IMG/VR virus record: IMGVR_UViG_3300046746_000620
Span: 1-64,000 of that record
DNA length: 64,000 bases
Source: an uncultured virus (IMG/VR IMGVR_UViG_3300046746_000620)
Lineage: Duplodnaviria; Heunggongvirae; Uroviricota; Caudoviricetes
Reading direction: 5' to 3' (one strand)
Under the pieces are notes generated by a model. It was not told the origin of the DNA, did not search any database, and was given only the letters and a program-made list of their open reading frames with translations. How positions within the stretch are numbered: the stretch's first letter is position 1; each line of letters begins with the position of its first letter. Of this stretch, positions 50,435 to 60,265 are shown in pieces. The position numbers and the translations under genes are program-made.

Positions 50435-51298
50435 TTTATTTTTTTTCTTTTGAGTTTTTTTGAGCTTTTTAAAGACTTTTCATCAGGGTAATCTTTATCT
50501 CCAGGTTTAGCTGGTTTGTTAAAGGTTCTCTATGTCTCATACTATATCTATGTTAAAAATATTTCTCATATATTCATTAATCTCATCATTCTTAATGACA
50601 TCTTTCCATTTATTTGGATTTGACTTTGCAATTGAATGATATCTACCATTAACCTCATTAATATTCAGACTACCACCCGTGAATGATGATCCCTTGCCAA
50701 TACCAGAGTTTGGCAACCCAGTAGGTACTACTTTATGTGACCAACCAAATCTATTTTCTACCTTCATTGCATAATCACTATCTGAAACTAATTTATTATA
50801 TAAAATGAACTTATTAGGGTATTTATCATATAACATACAATACTTTAAATATATTTCATCACACTTACCACCCCAACAAGTATCTCTATTCGATTTTATC
50901 CTAGATGCCCATATATTATACCAATCTCTAAGGATAATAATATCATTATCTAAAATATGTGTAGGTGCGACATCCTCATACGAGGAAATTAAAACATCAT
51001 ATTTCCCATCTGGTGGTTTCTTTAACTCAATTTTACCACCCAACCAAGTAACATGTTGCCCTACTTTACCATTTGTAATTGCATTTTTATGATAACCATA
51101 TTCAAAATGCGAAAGTATCCATTCTATGATCATGTGATTACCTGATCTCCTCAATCCATATGTATTATACTCCACCATCTTAATAAACCCCTCTCCAACT
51201 TTCAATGGCATTTTATTTTTTTTCTTTTGAGTTTTTTTGAGCTTTTTTTAAAGACTTTTCATCAGGGTAATCTTTATCTCCAGGTTTAGCTGGTTTGT
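50417..51298. repeat. ~104-bp direct repeat (50417-50519 and 51194-51298) flanking one gene
   Basis: Identical except one substitution and a 2-nt deletion in a T run. Confidence 0.95.
50537..51211 (-). CDS. Sulfotransferase-like protein
   Basis: GLRRSGNH (5'-PSB-like) and ILRDWYNIWASR (3'-PB-like); true start may be the internal MVEY. Confidence 0.55.
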   Translation of the reverse strand: MPLKVGEGFIKMVEYNTYGLRRSGNHMIIEWILSHFEYGYHKNAITNGKVGQHVTWLGGKIELKKPPDGKYDVLISSYEDVAPTHILDNDIIILRDWYNIWASRIKSNRDTCWGGKCDEIYLKYCMLYDKYPNKFILYNKLVSDSDYAMKVENRFGWSHKVVPTGLPNSGIGKGSSFTGGSLNINEVNGRYHSIAKSNPNKWKDVIKNDEINEYMRNIFNIDIV

Positions 51299-51797
51299 AG
51301 TTTTTCCCCATCCTTTTTTTCTTTCTTCTAATGTTTTCCCAGAGTCCAGGTTTATTTTTCTTACCTTCTGATTCGTCCATTTCATCGAGTAAAATATCTT
51401 CAAGATCTTGTTCTGTAAATTCCTCTAAAGAACCTTCAACTTTTGAACCTCCTCGCCATTGCCTGCAAGACCAGTATCTAGCTTTCCATTTTGGCCCAGG
51501 GTTTCCGCAGTTATGCCTAGCTCTAAAAGATTTTCTTCTTGCAGGATCATCTCTTTTAATTTCCATGTTTGGATCTCCGAAGTTCACTTTTACAATATTC
51601 CCTTTGTCATTCTTTACATAAACAGAAAATTTCTTAGGCCCCTTTGGAGTTCTGAATGGCTTATTTAAAGTTTTACCTTTATTCTTTTCTTCAGCCCATA
51701 TTTCCTCAGAAATCAATTCTTCACTTCCACAATCAGGACAGAATAAACTTTTAGCATTTATTATTTCAGAAAGATCTATATTTATATATTTTCTCAT
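51213..51797 (-). CDS. Conserved basic phage protein (possibly DUF6321-like)
   Basis: VNFGDP...RRKSFRARHNC...ARYWSC and PGLWENIRRKK motifs seen in phage head regions. Confidence 0.6.
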   Translation of the reverse strand: MRKYINIDLSEIINAKSLFCPDCGSEELISEEIWAEEKNKGKTLNKPFRTPKGPKKFSVYVKNDKGNIVKVNFGDPNMEIKRDDPARRKSFRARHNCGNPGPKWKARYWSCRQWRGGSKVEGSLEEFTEQDLEDILLDEMDESEGKKNKPGLWENIRRKKKRMGKNYKPAKPGDKDYPDEKSLKKAQKNSKEKK

Positions 51798-51805
51798 ATT
51801 TTATA

Positions 51806-51831
51806 CTACACAGGTTTTTCTCTGCTGTGAA
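51806..51831 (-). promoter_or_regulatory. Candidate late promoter TTCAC-N15-GTGTAG, inside the portal 3' end
   Basis: Motif variant 8 nt upstream of ATG 51797. Confidence 0.5.
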
Positions 51832-53875
51832 AAAGAATTGCTGACGGGTAATCAGATAATTGATGCTTGGCTGATATTTCTAGTATTTCTTGAAGGCTGG
51901 TTAACTTGTCAATACTTTCTGGGTCTTTTACGCACGCTTTTATGCTTTCCTCCCAATCTTCACTTAAGTTGGATACAACAACAGACTCTATTAACTTGTC
52001 TAAAATATTGTTTTGATCTTTACTTAATCTTTTAACTTTAAATTTTGATTTTAATTCTGACAAACCTAAAGATCTTAGTTTTTCTATTGATTGAATGGTA
52101 GACTGAATATCTTTCCTTGAATATAGTTGGTTGGCTGTAGCACCCGTTGGTCTTCCAACTTCTTTCGGTGGGTTATTTTTTTGCTGTTGATCTGTTTTAA
52201 TCACTTGTTTTTGGTTGGCGGATTTATTAATCTGTTTTTCCTTGAGGTCTCTCTCTTCTTCAGCTCCAGGAGCTTCAACCAAAGGCACTCCCCCAATTAA
52301 GGGATTGTACATACCTTTCTCTCTGTCATCTAAGTATTTTTCTTGAGCTGGCTCTAATTCATCTGCATGAGGGAAAATACCTGTCCTTATCGCCTGCATA
52401 CCTTGCTCTGGAGAGAGTACTCCTATTTCCAGAAGTCGTGTTATAACTCTTTGAAATTGAACTTCGTCTTTAATATCCACTTCTTGAAATTTCACTGTTG
52501 GGTATTGTTTAAATCCCATTTTTCGAGAAAGTATTTTTACTTGAGGCATGATAAAATCATTAATAAAAGCGTTTCTCGCTTCTTTCAATCTTTCCAAGAA
52601 AATTTGAGCTTTAATTTGTGTGCTAGAATAATTTTCTTTACCTACAATAATATTTTGCAATCCTTCTCTAATGTCTTGATTTACTATTTCGTATTTATTA
52701 GGCCCTAGTATTTTGTTCACATCAGGCATTACGAAATCAGCTTTTGTCGTGTAGTCGCTAACTAATACTCGACCAACACTTTCATTTTGAAACAAGCACT
52801 GCATAGCACTTAAACTATGGGGGTTAATTCCACCTTTATCTGGTTCCGTCCCCATTGTAATTAACAGTACAACATTTTCTATTGTTCGACTTATAGCCTG
52901 ATCAATTTTTTTAAGTTCTATTTTCCAGTTCAGATCATCTAACACTGGAAATCCAAAAGGGATTGCAAAAGGTTCATAATCTTGTTTTTTATAAAATGAA
53001 AAAATTAATTTTTCTGAATCTAATGGCACAAGTATTCCTGTGGTATTGAACTGCCCTTTTTTAATTGCTTTTTGAGTTTCTAAATCAAAAGAGTTGAATA
53101 TATCTTGATCTTCTTTTGTGGCGGGATTTCTTAATCTTTCTAACTCATATTCTGATAATATTTTTTTATAAGCCCCAGAGTCAAAAGATGTTGCTCTGTT
53201 TGCTGTTATATCGTATGGATTCAATAATATATATCTAACAGGTATTTTACCATCCTCTAAAAACTTATTTCCTTCAGCTCCATAGACTTTATTTAGATTT
53301 AACAGATCTTTTTTATTAAACTCTCCATCTATTCGATAAAAAAATATATTCCCACTTCTATAGTACTCTCTAAAATATTGATCCTTTAATTTCCATAGAT
53401 TAATTTTTTCAAACCATTTATATATAAACTTTCTTGCAGTTTCACTGCCACCTTCTAAGTATATTTCAGAATTTGAAAACTCTGACATAACATCGATAGC
53501 GTTTCGGAATATTGGTATATTCGCATAAGCTTTTTGGCATAACTCTATAGTTTCCCTTACATCAATACCATCAACACTTACATTATAAGGTAGTATACCT
53601 TCAGATATATTTTTAAATTTATCCGCTTTAATTCTTGAGCCTAATCTCCCTCTAGATTTACTGCTTGAATCTGCTGATCGAAGAGCATCTGTTATTGGCC
53701 CGCCACAACTAGCTTTTGATTCGAACAGCTGAGGTTTTGTTTTACTTGAAGCTTCGCTAACATAATAATTATCTCCACACATTATAGGCTCAAAAGAACT
53801 TTGCTCCTGTGCGACATCTTTTTTTTCAAATCTATTCCAGTAGCTTGATTTTTTTGTATATTTTCTTTTACTCAT
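51806..53875 (-). CDS. Portal protein
   Basis: Follows the terminase; 689 aa; IFRNAIDVMSEF, EYYRSGNIF, KKQDYEPFAIP; late GRP motif. Confidence 0.75.
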   Translation of the reverse strand: MSKRKYTKKSSYWNRFEKKDVAQEQSSFEPIMCGDNYYVSEASSKTKPQLFESKASCGGPITDALRSADSSSKSRGRLGSRIKADKFKNISEGILPYNVSVDGIDVRETIELCQKAYANIPIFRNAIDVMSEFSNSEIYLEGGSETARKFIYKWFEKINLWKLKDQYFREYYRSGNIFFYRIDGEFNKKDLLNLNKVYGAEGNKFLEDGKIPVRYILLNPYDITANRATSFDSGAYKKILSEYELERLRNPATKEDQDIFNSFDLETQKAIKKGQFNTTGILVPLDSEKLIFSFYKKQDYEPFAIPFGFPVLDDLNWKIELKKIDQAISRTIENVVLLITMGTEPDKGGINPHSLSAMQCLFQNESVGRVLVSDYTTKADFVMPDVNKILGPNKYEIVNQDIREGLQNIIVGKENYSSTQIKAQIFLERLKEARNAFINDFIMPQVKILSRKMGFKQYPTVKFQEVDIKDEVQFQRVITRLLEIGVLSPEQGMQAIRTGIFPHADELEPAQEKYLDDREKGMYNPLIGGVPLVEAPGAEEERDLKEKQINKSANQKQVIKTDQQQKNNPPKEVGRPTGATANQLYSRKDIQSTIQSIEKLRSLGLSELKSKFKVKRLSKDQNNILDKLIESVVVSNLSEDWEESIKACVKDPESIDKLTSLQEILEISAKHQLSDYPSAILFHSREKPV

Positions 53876-53893
53876 GGCTGGGTTACTTTATGA

Positions 53894-53918
53894 TTACACG
53901 CAAAAGTTTAAAAGTGAC
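53894..53918 (-). promoter_or_regulatory. Candidate late promoter GTCAC-N14-GTGTAA
   Basis: Motif variant upstream of the portal gene. Confidence 0.5.
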
Positions 53919-53926
53919 TTTTAAAG

Positions 53927-55783
53927 TTACTTTATAAACATTGGGGCAAAAGTTAAATGATTTTCTTGTTTATAGTTTTTGATGTCATGGTATATTTTAA
54001 CCATCCAACTACCTAAAACTAAAGCAGAATAACAGTCTTTCCTCGCTTTACTTGGCCCAGTAGTCTTTTTTAAATTTAATGGCAAATCAAATGTTTGAGT
54101 TCCTTGTGGAGATGATCTCACTTCAATCAAAGCGCATTGCCCTTTAGTATATGATATCATATCATTTTGATGTTCTATAAAATCAATCATTTTAGCCCCA
54201 TCTGTTTGGCTAATTTCATCATCATTAAAATTCATAAATCTCAGTTTTTGAATCGGGATTTGCTTTCTTCTCTGGGATTGAAAATGTTCATTTATACTTC
54301 TTGATGCGAACCAAACTCTTTTATGGTCAAAATTTGCTTGAAGCAATTCGTTGGCTCTTCGGATCCAATCTGATGTAGGCTTCCTTAAGCAGCAAGGTAT
54401 TCCTTCGTTAGAAAACTCTCTTTTAGCTTTTGATAGTGATTTTTGGTAATTTTCTATATCATCAAATTCTGTTTCAATAATATTGATTTTATGTTTTGAG
54501 TTTTTGAATTCAATATTTTCTTGTAGAGCGTTAATAAATTGTACACCACCATTATAATCGCCTACAATAGCTTTTATATTAAAATTATTTAATATATAAT
54601 TAAAATATTGTATATGATTTTTTAAACTTTCTCCAGCCATTGCATAAACATGAACTAATGTACAAGTATTTTTTTCTGGATGTAATTTAAATACCTGCAT
54701 GGCAAAGTCATCAGAGCTTTCTGATTCAGCCCAACTTGGGTCAAATGCCAATAAATATTTAGCACCTTCTTCTCCTTTCACCTCGACACTCGGATGACTA
54801 CCTTCTTCTACGGTGCAAGCTTTCATTGTTGAAATCTTAAAATAGCCTGAGCTATCATCAGTAAAAATTGCACCAAATTCTCGATCATATTGACTTTGAC
54901 TCATGGTTGACTTCGCTTGTTCTACCAAATTCTGATCATATAGTTGTTTTGGAGCGCAGTCATAAGAGAAGTGCATAATAGATCTAGAAGCGTTATCATT
55001 TTCATTTTCTTTTAATATAGATTGCTCAAAGTTTTCGTAAAGCTTATATAGATACTCAAATTTATAACTTGCAGACGAAAGCATAATTAGCTTATTGTTA
55101 GGCCAAACATATCTATCCTCTTCTTTCATTTCTCCGCTAGCTATTAGCTTTGTTTCAAGATTGTACATATCTTCTCTTTCTTTTGGATTTTGAACAACAG
55201 ACAAGAATGGGACGATAACCTCATTATAAACTCTCTCTGGCATAAGTAACATCTCATCGATAATAATCCTATGAAACCTAAACCCTCTAAGTTTTGATCC
55301 ATCTCCCAAAGGTAATGCTCGAATAGAGCTGTCGCCTATTTCCATAACCCATTCATCATTTTGCTTGGAAACTCTTGTAATACAATTTGATAAATATTTG
55401 GCTTCTGGTTTAGCAGCGATATCTTCAATTTTTTTAAAAATCATTTTTGCTTGTCGAAATGATTTAGAAAGTATACCAATATCTACCCCTTGATTCATTA
55501 TTGCATCCATGAAGGCAAAAATTCCAGTAGTCCAGGATTTTGACATACCACGAGACCATATACCCAAAAAGTAATCGCTCTCAAACATTGCTTTTATAGC
55601 CATATGTTGAAATGGAAACAAATCCACCCCTGCAATTAAATTAGTACTGAAAGTTACATTCTCTTTCAAAAATTTATACAACAATATCTTAGCTTCCCTT
55701 TCTTCTAGAAAACCTTGTTTAGATTTTAGGATATCATTGATATCCTCTTTCTTTTTCTTTTTGTGTGGTTGCTCCCAAGCCAT
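53927..55783 (-). CDS. terL: Terminase large subunit
   Basis: LFPFQ, SRGMSKS Walker A, LRGFR, IIIDE Walker B, LSSA coupling motif, LAFDPS/DD RNase H-like nuclease, KDCYSAL. Confidence 0.9.
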   Translation of the reverse strand: MAWEQPHKKKKKEDINDILKSKQGFLEEREAKILLYKFLKENVTFSTNLIAGVDLFPFQHMAIKAMFESDYFLGIWSRGMSKSWTTGIFAFMDAIMNQGVDIGILSKSFRQAKMIFKKIEDIAAKPEAKYLSNCITRVSKQNDEWVMEIGDSSIRALPLGDGSKLRGFRFHRIIIDEMLLMPERVYNEVIVPFLSVVQNPKEREDMYNLETKLIASGEMKEEDRYVWPNNKLIMLSSASYKFEYLYKLYENFEQSILKENENDNASRSIMHFSYDCAPKQLYDQNLVEQAKSTMSQSQYDREFGAIFTDDSSGYFKISTMKACTVEEGSHPSVEVKGEEGAKYLLAFDPSWAESESSDDFAMQVFKLHPEKNTCTLVHVYAMAGESLKNHIQYFNYILNNFNIKAIVGDYNGGVQFINALQENIEFKNSKHKINIIETEFDDIENYQKSLSKAKREFSNEGIPCCLRKPTSDWIRRANELLQANFDHKRVWFASRSINEHFQSQRRKQIPIQKLRFMNFNDDEISQTDGAKMIDFIEHQNDMISYTKGQCALIEVRSSPQGTQTFDLPLNLKKTTGPSKARKDCYSALVLGSWMVKIYHDIKNYKQENHLTFAPMFIK

Positions 55784-56224
55784 TTAAATTATTTGTTGTA
55801 TTGCTTCTTGTGATATTCCAGATGGAGTATGAATTGTTTTTATACCAACTTCATTAGCATCGTCAATAATTGTTTGAAGATCATCTATTAATAATATGTT
55901 TTTATATTCACAATTAAACTTTTTTTTAGTTTCTTCTATGTGATATCTTTTAGATGGATAAGAGGGATGAATTACGATAATATCAAAAAATTTTTTTTCA
56001 AAGATATATGATAAATAATTTTTACAGATCTCTGCAGCTGGACTTGCTGAAGCTATTCCTACTTTATAACCTTTATTCTTTAAAGATTTGATTACATCTA
56101 CAGCATTCGGCATCAACATGCTTTCAACTTGTTGTTTTGATAAAATCTTTGAAGCCCAACTGTCAAATCTCCATATAGTTCTATCTAGATCTATTAATAC
56201 TATTTTTATTTCTTTTGTGTTCAT
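55784..56224 (-). CDS. HAD-superfamily phosphatase (MDP-1-like)
   Basis: DLDRTIW motif I, IASAS, K motif III, LIDD motif IV. Confidence 0.8.
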   Translation of the reverse strand: MNTKEIKIVLIDLDRTIWRFDSWASKILSKQQVESMLMPNAVDVIKSLKNKGYKVGIASASPAAEICKNYLSYIFEKKFFDIIVIHPSYPSKRYHIEETKKKFNCEYKNILLIDDLQTIIDDANEVGIKTIHTPSGISQEAIQQII

Positions 56225-57150
56225 ATTTTTAAAATTCTTTTATCTATATAGTATTGTATGTCGCAGTGCCACATTTCAGGTCCATATTCAAGAAGTATTG
56301 GAATTAGGTTTTCGGATCTTTTTCGCCCCCCTGAAAATATAAACTGACAACTTCTAGGGAACTCATGAGATAATACTCTCATTTGATGCCATACAAAAGT
56401 TAAATTTGATTTATGCGGAGAAAAGGAATTATTTCTAATAATTTTTTCAATAGAACTTTCCACAACAATATATAAAAATGAGTCGAAAGCTACAGCTCTT
56501 TCAAGTTCTTTTTTAAATCTTTCAAACCCTACAGTCATAGTAGATTTAAAATCTGTTTCACTTTTCCTGTCAATGTATGTATGTTTATAATCCTCTCCTG
56601 ATGCCGTGTAGTCTCCAAAGTCTAATTTTTGAAGTCTAGAATTAGGGAACTTTAATGGAGTTTGCTCTCTAGTGTCAATCAATATCTCTATGTCATTTAA
56701 ATTTTTATTTTCTTTTAAAAATTTACTTTTAATAATTTTATTTAATAATGGCTCCACTTGGAGCCTCCTACAGGCTTCGCTGTAGGATTTAAAATATAAT
56801 TTATATATTTCTATTTCAGGTAAATTAAGTAATTTTAATTCTAAATGATTTGGCGCGTATTGCAAATTTTTGCTAATTATTCTTTTTTGTAATATATCTA
56901 ATAATATTTGTTGAACATGTTCATGGTCAGCTGTCGCTGCCCATTTTTCTAATTCAACATTATTCGAAAAATAAGTAGAAAAATATTGATCTTTATTTTT
57001 AAAAGGAATTAATTCATTAGTATATAAATTATATCTAGGATAATATGTTGTATAATATTCAGAAAGCAAAATTCCATGAGCTTTTATATGAGTGTGGAGA
57101 GAACGCTCACTTTTAAATTTTGACCCGCATATTTTACATGTTATACTCAA
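56221..57150 (-). CDS. C2H2 zinc finger plus ERCC4-like nuclease
   Basis: CKIC...HIKAH; IDTREQ, GDY, IDRKS..DF. Confidence 0.8.
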   Translation of the reverse strand: MSITCKICGSKFKSERSLHTHIKAHGILLSEYYTTYYPRYNLYTNELIPFKNKDQYFSTYFSNNVELEKWAATADHEHVQQILLDILQKRIISKNLQYAPNHLELKLLNLPEIEIYKLYFKSYSEACRRLQVEPLLNKIIKSKFLKENKNLNDIEILIDTREQTPLKFPNSRLQKLDFGDYTASGEDYKHTYIDRKSETDFKSTMTVGFERFKKELERAVAFDSFLYIVVESSIEKIIRNNSFSPHKSNLTFVWHQMRVLSHEFPRSCQFIFSGGRKRSENLIPILLEYGPEMWHCDIQYYIDKRILKI

Positions 57151-57809
57151 CGTCTAACCCACACTGACTGTTTTAAATTTAATAAACATATATATCCATC
57201 ACTCTCCAATTGCCTCTTGGCAAGAAGAGTTTGAGAGCCGCCAGGATAATCGTTTCCTTCGAGTAACACGATAGAATGCTTACTTAGATTTGGTTTAAAG
57301 GTATTATACTGCTTTAAAACTCGTTTTTGACAAGGTTCTATTAAGTTACCAAAATGCTTTACCATGTCTTCTTCTGGATATCCTTTTAACATATTTAGAC
57401 ATTCTAATGTTGTTATATTTTTGTCTATCTTATTTTTAATTTCTTTTATTGGATATGTTATATCATTTATTATTAATAAATCTATATTACTTGAATGATT
57501 TAATTTTATATCAGTAGATATAGATACTTTATTAATATCATAATTTTTATATAATGTTGATTTTATGTTATTTAATCTACTTTGACTAATATTATTAGTA
57601 TCTAAATAAAATTCATAAGTGCCCATTTCTATGTCTTCAATAAATTCTCCCAATACTGAATAAAAATCTATAGGTGAATACTCGAAATCTCTTACCTGAC
57701 CCCCAACTTGAACAATAGAAGTCAACCCATAGCTTTTAAAGAGATTTAGAGCTAATTGAGTGGTATAATAACGTTCACCCCACAAACTATAATCAGTTTT
57801 AAATTGCAT
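57147..57809 (-). CDS. Hypothetical protein
   Basis: Coupled ORF. Confidence 0.65.
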   Translation of the reverse strand: MQFKTDYSLWGERYYTTQLALNLFKSYGLTSIVQVGGQVRDFEYSPIDFYSVLGEFIEDIEMGTYEFYLDTNNISQSRLNNIKSTLYKNYDINKVSISTDIKLNHSSNIDLLIINDITYPIKEIKNKIDKNITTLECLNMLKGYPEEDMVKHFGNLIEPCQKRVLKQYNTFKPNLSKHSIVLLEGNDYPGGSQTLLAKRQLESDGYICLLNLKQSVWVRR

Positions 57810-58848
57810 CTTCTTTACTAATACCTAAAACTCTAGCCTTCCAGCTATCCATTCTCTCAAGCGAATCAGCTTCTTCTTTTATTAATAATTTTTGTTTTTC
57901 TGCCATCTCTACCATTCTAGTTCTATCTTCTTCATTTTGAAACACCTTCACTAACGATAATATAGATGCATTATCTTTATGTTTATTTTTGACACGCTCT
58001 TTTCTATCACCATTTAAACGCGCGATTAATGTTTCTTGCCTCTTTTCGCATTGATTATATTCTTCGCTCTTTGTTTTTAATAATTCCGCTAATCTAACAG
58101 TCATATCTTGTTGGTCTTCACATTCTTCAAACATGCGATTTAATTTATCTATTGCTTTACTGATATTTTTTAAATGTATATAATCCATACAAACATTTAT
58201 ATATAAATTTAATTCATCACTTGTTAAGTCTGGTTTATCCCATACAGATCTTATATATTCAGCCTCAAAGAGTTTTCTATCATCTCCAGATGTATAAGTA
58301 TTAATAACTTGAATAAAACGAGGAGCCGAAAGAAATTTCATCGAACTTTCTAAATTGTCTAAATCGCCTCTATTTAGCTTTTTTTCATCTAGATCCTCTT
58401 GGCAGTATTCATTTACCTTTTTAACTACCCTAGAGATTGATTTAGGGGCAAAATATTGGCTATTTAAGGCTGTTTCTGAGGAATGTAATAACCTGAAGTC
58501 AACATCTTCGATGAATTTAGCAACCTCGGTAACTTCTTTACTTAAATTAGTTACATTTATTTCTGGAAAAATAATTTTTGAAATTTCATAAGCCGTCATT
58601 CCTTCTTTCGCATATTGAATCATAAACTCTTTCTGTTCTTGAGAGAATGTTATATCTTCTTTTTTTTCTTTTTTTGTTGTATTGTAATTTAACTCTCTAT
58701 CAACCAAAAATTTTCTAACAGCTCTCCCCTCTTTTGTTCTTCCATCTAAGCTTTCATCATTGAATGTCAATCGGGTTAATTCTATTAGGTCAGGAACCCT
58801 ATCATAATTCTCAATTATAAAATTAGCTTGTATTTCTGTAAGTTTCAT
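57799..58848 (-). CDS. Hypothetical helical protein (terminase small subunit candidate)
   Basis: HTH-like GMTAYEISKI plus coiled coil, upstream of terL; function inferred only from position. Confidence 0.4.
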   Translation of the reverse strand: MKLTEIQANFIIENYDRVPDLIELTRLTFNDESLDGRTKEGRAVRKFLVDRELNYNTTKKEKKEDITFSQEQKEFMIQYAKEGMTAYEISKIIFPEINVTNLSKEVTEVAKFIEDVDFRLLHSSETALNSQYFAPKSISRVVKKVNEYCQEDLDEKKLNRGDLDNLESSMKFLSAPRFIQVINTYTSGDDRKLFEAEYIRSVWDKPDLTSDELNLYINVCMDYIHLKNISKAIDKLNRMFEECEDQQDMTVRLAELLKTKSEEYNQCEKRQETLIARLNGDRKERVKNKHKDNASILSLVKVFQNEEDRTRMVEMAEKQKLLIKEEADSLERMDSWKARVLGISKEDAI

Positions 58849-59561
58849 AATATATCTTGTTTTTTAATCACTTGTTTTGCAATAATTTTAAATTGTTTTT
58901 CTGCATTTTTAATTTGTTTATAACCTGCAGATCTACCTTTTTCATTAGAGATATACCCTAATTTCTTAGCTATTTCATCATGTGGTAGATGAAGAATATA
59001 AAGCATTTCGTAAATTTTAAATTGCTTAGGGGTTAACTTGAGCTCCATAGCTTCATGCAATCTTTGAGCAGATAAATCTAAATTAAAACCATTAGAACAT
59101 GTAATTCTATCTTCTTTATCTGTTATTGTGGCTGCCAAATTTATATCAAAAGAGCTTTTTTTTCCTACAAGCCATTTTTTATATAATGGACATGTTTTAT
59201 CTTGGAGCCCCGATTTTGTCCAGCTGCAAAAATTTTCATTATCATTATAATTATCTTGAGCTCCAGAAGAATTAAATGGACATTGAACACAGGGTTTAAC
59301 AAAATTTCCATAATAATTTCTTAATAAATTTTTAAGCTGATTAGATATGATTCTATTCAACCATGGCTTCATAGGGCGTTTTTGATCCCACAAAGACCAT
59401 TTTTTTTCAATATGCACTAATATTATTGACTTTATATCTTCCCACGATATCCAGCTAATGGCATTTAGAAACCACTTACCCCTCCTTTTCTCTACACAGG
59501 CTTCTACTTCTTCAAAACTCTCAATAAATGTTATTTTTCTAGGTCGTCCCCTCTTCTTCAT
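58845..59561 (-). CDS. ECF-like sigma factor
   Basis: WDQKRPMKPWLNRIISNQLKNLLR (region 2) and LTPKQFKIYEMLY...HDEIAKKLG (region 4), with a Cys-rich insert. Confidence 0.75.
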   Translation of the reverse strand: MKKRGRPRKITFIESFEEVEACVEKRRGKWFLNAISWISWEDIKSIILVHIEKKWSLWDQKRPMKPWLNRIISNQLKNLLRNYYGNFVKPCVQCPFNSSGAQDNYNDNENFCSWTKSGLQDKTCPLYKKWLVGKKSSFDINLAATITDKEDRITCSNGFNLDLSAQRLHEAMELKLTPKQFKIYEMLYILHLPHDEIAKKLGYISNEKGRSAGYKQIKNAEKQFKIIAKQVIKKQDIL

Positions 59562-59820
59562 TCTGTTTTGGCCCAAATATCTCCTCAGCCGAGAATGTTT
59601 TTCTTTGCATCGGGGAGACTGTGTAATTTAACTTTCTAATATTTGGGACAAAATTAGAATCACTCTCAAAATCATTAAGCTCTTCACTAATTTCTACACT
59701 ATTGCTTATGTTTTTTGAACTCGTAGCGCTGAAGTTTCCACCACAAAAACTACAGAACTTTGGCTCAATTCCAAGGTATTGATTTTTTTTACCACATTTT
59801 TTGCAATATTTGTAGCTCAT
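59539..59820 (-). CDS. Zinc-ribbon protein
   Basis: CKKCG...FCSFCG. Confidence 0.75.
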   Translation of the reverse strand: MSYKYCKKCGKKNQYLGIEPKFCSFCGGNFSATSSKNISNSVEISEELNDFESDSNFVPNIRKLNYTVSPMQRKTFSAEEIFGPKQNEEEGTT

Positions 59821-60041
59821 TTTATGATATACACAGTTTTTTGTTGAGACCCTGTAGAGGTTTCTTTAAAGAACGGGCTGCTGTTAGATTCTATAATTAC
59901 AATTTGACTGTTATCTATATGTAATTTTTTTTGTAAATTTTCTGCCAATAAATCTCGCCTTTTATTCTCTCTCTTTTTATTTATTAGCGCAACGCAAATT
60001 GCCGAAAATGCTCCTATTAAAGCTGATATTACAATTTCCAT
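59817..60041 (-). CDS. Small protein with an N-terminal TM helix
   Basis: MEIVISALIGAFSAICVALINKKR. Confidence 0.6.
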   Translation of the reverse strand: MEIVISALIGAFSAICVALINKKRENKRRDLLAENLQKKLHIDNSQIVIIESNSSPFFKETSTGSQQKTVYIIK

Positions 60042-60067
60042 ACATACATTATAATATGTACATATGT

Positions 60068-60265
60068 TTATTTTTCAATAATTTTTATTTCAGCAATTTT
60101 ACAATCTATTACGCATTCAGAAAAAAGCCCCATGCAATTATCAAGAGATATGACAGCTTTTTGGAAACCATGGTCAGAAAACCCTATTTGTGTATATATT
60201 TTTATTATTCTACCTGAAACTTCAGTATTGTTGTGGTAAAATCTTATATGCTCACCTTCTCTCAT
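60068..60265 (-). CDS. Hypothetical protein
   Basis: 65-aa ORF co-oriented with the operon. Confidence 0.55.
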   Translation of the reverse strand: MREGEHIRFYHNNTEVSGRIIKIYTQIGFSDHGFQKAVISLDNCMGLFSECVIDCKIAEIKIIEK

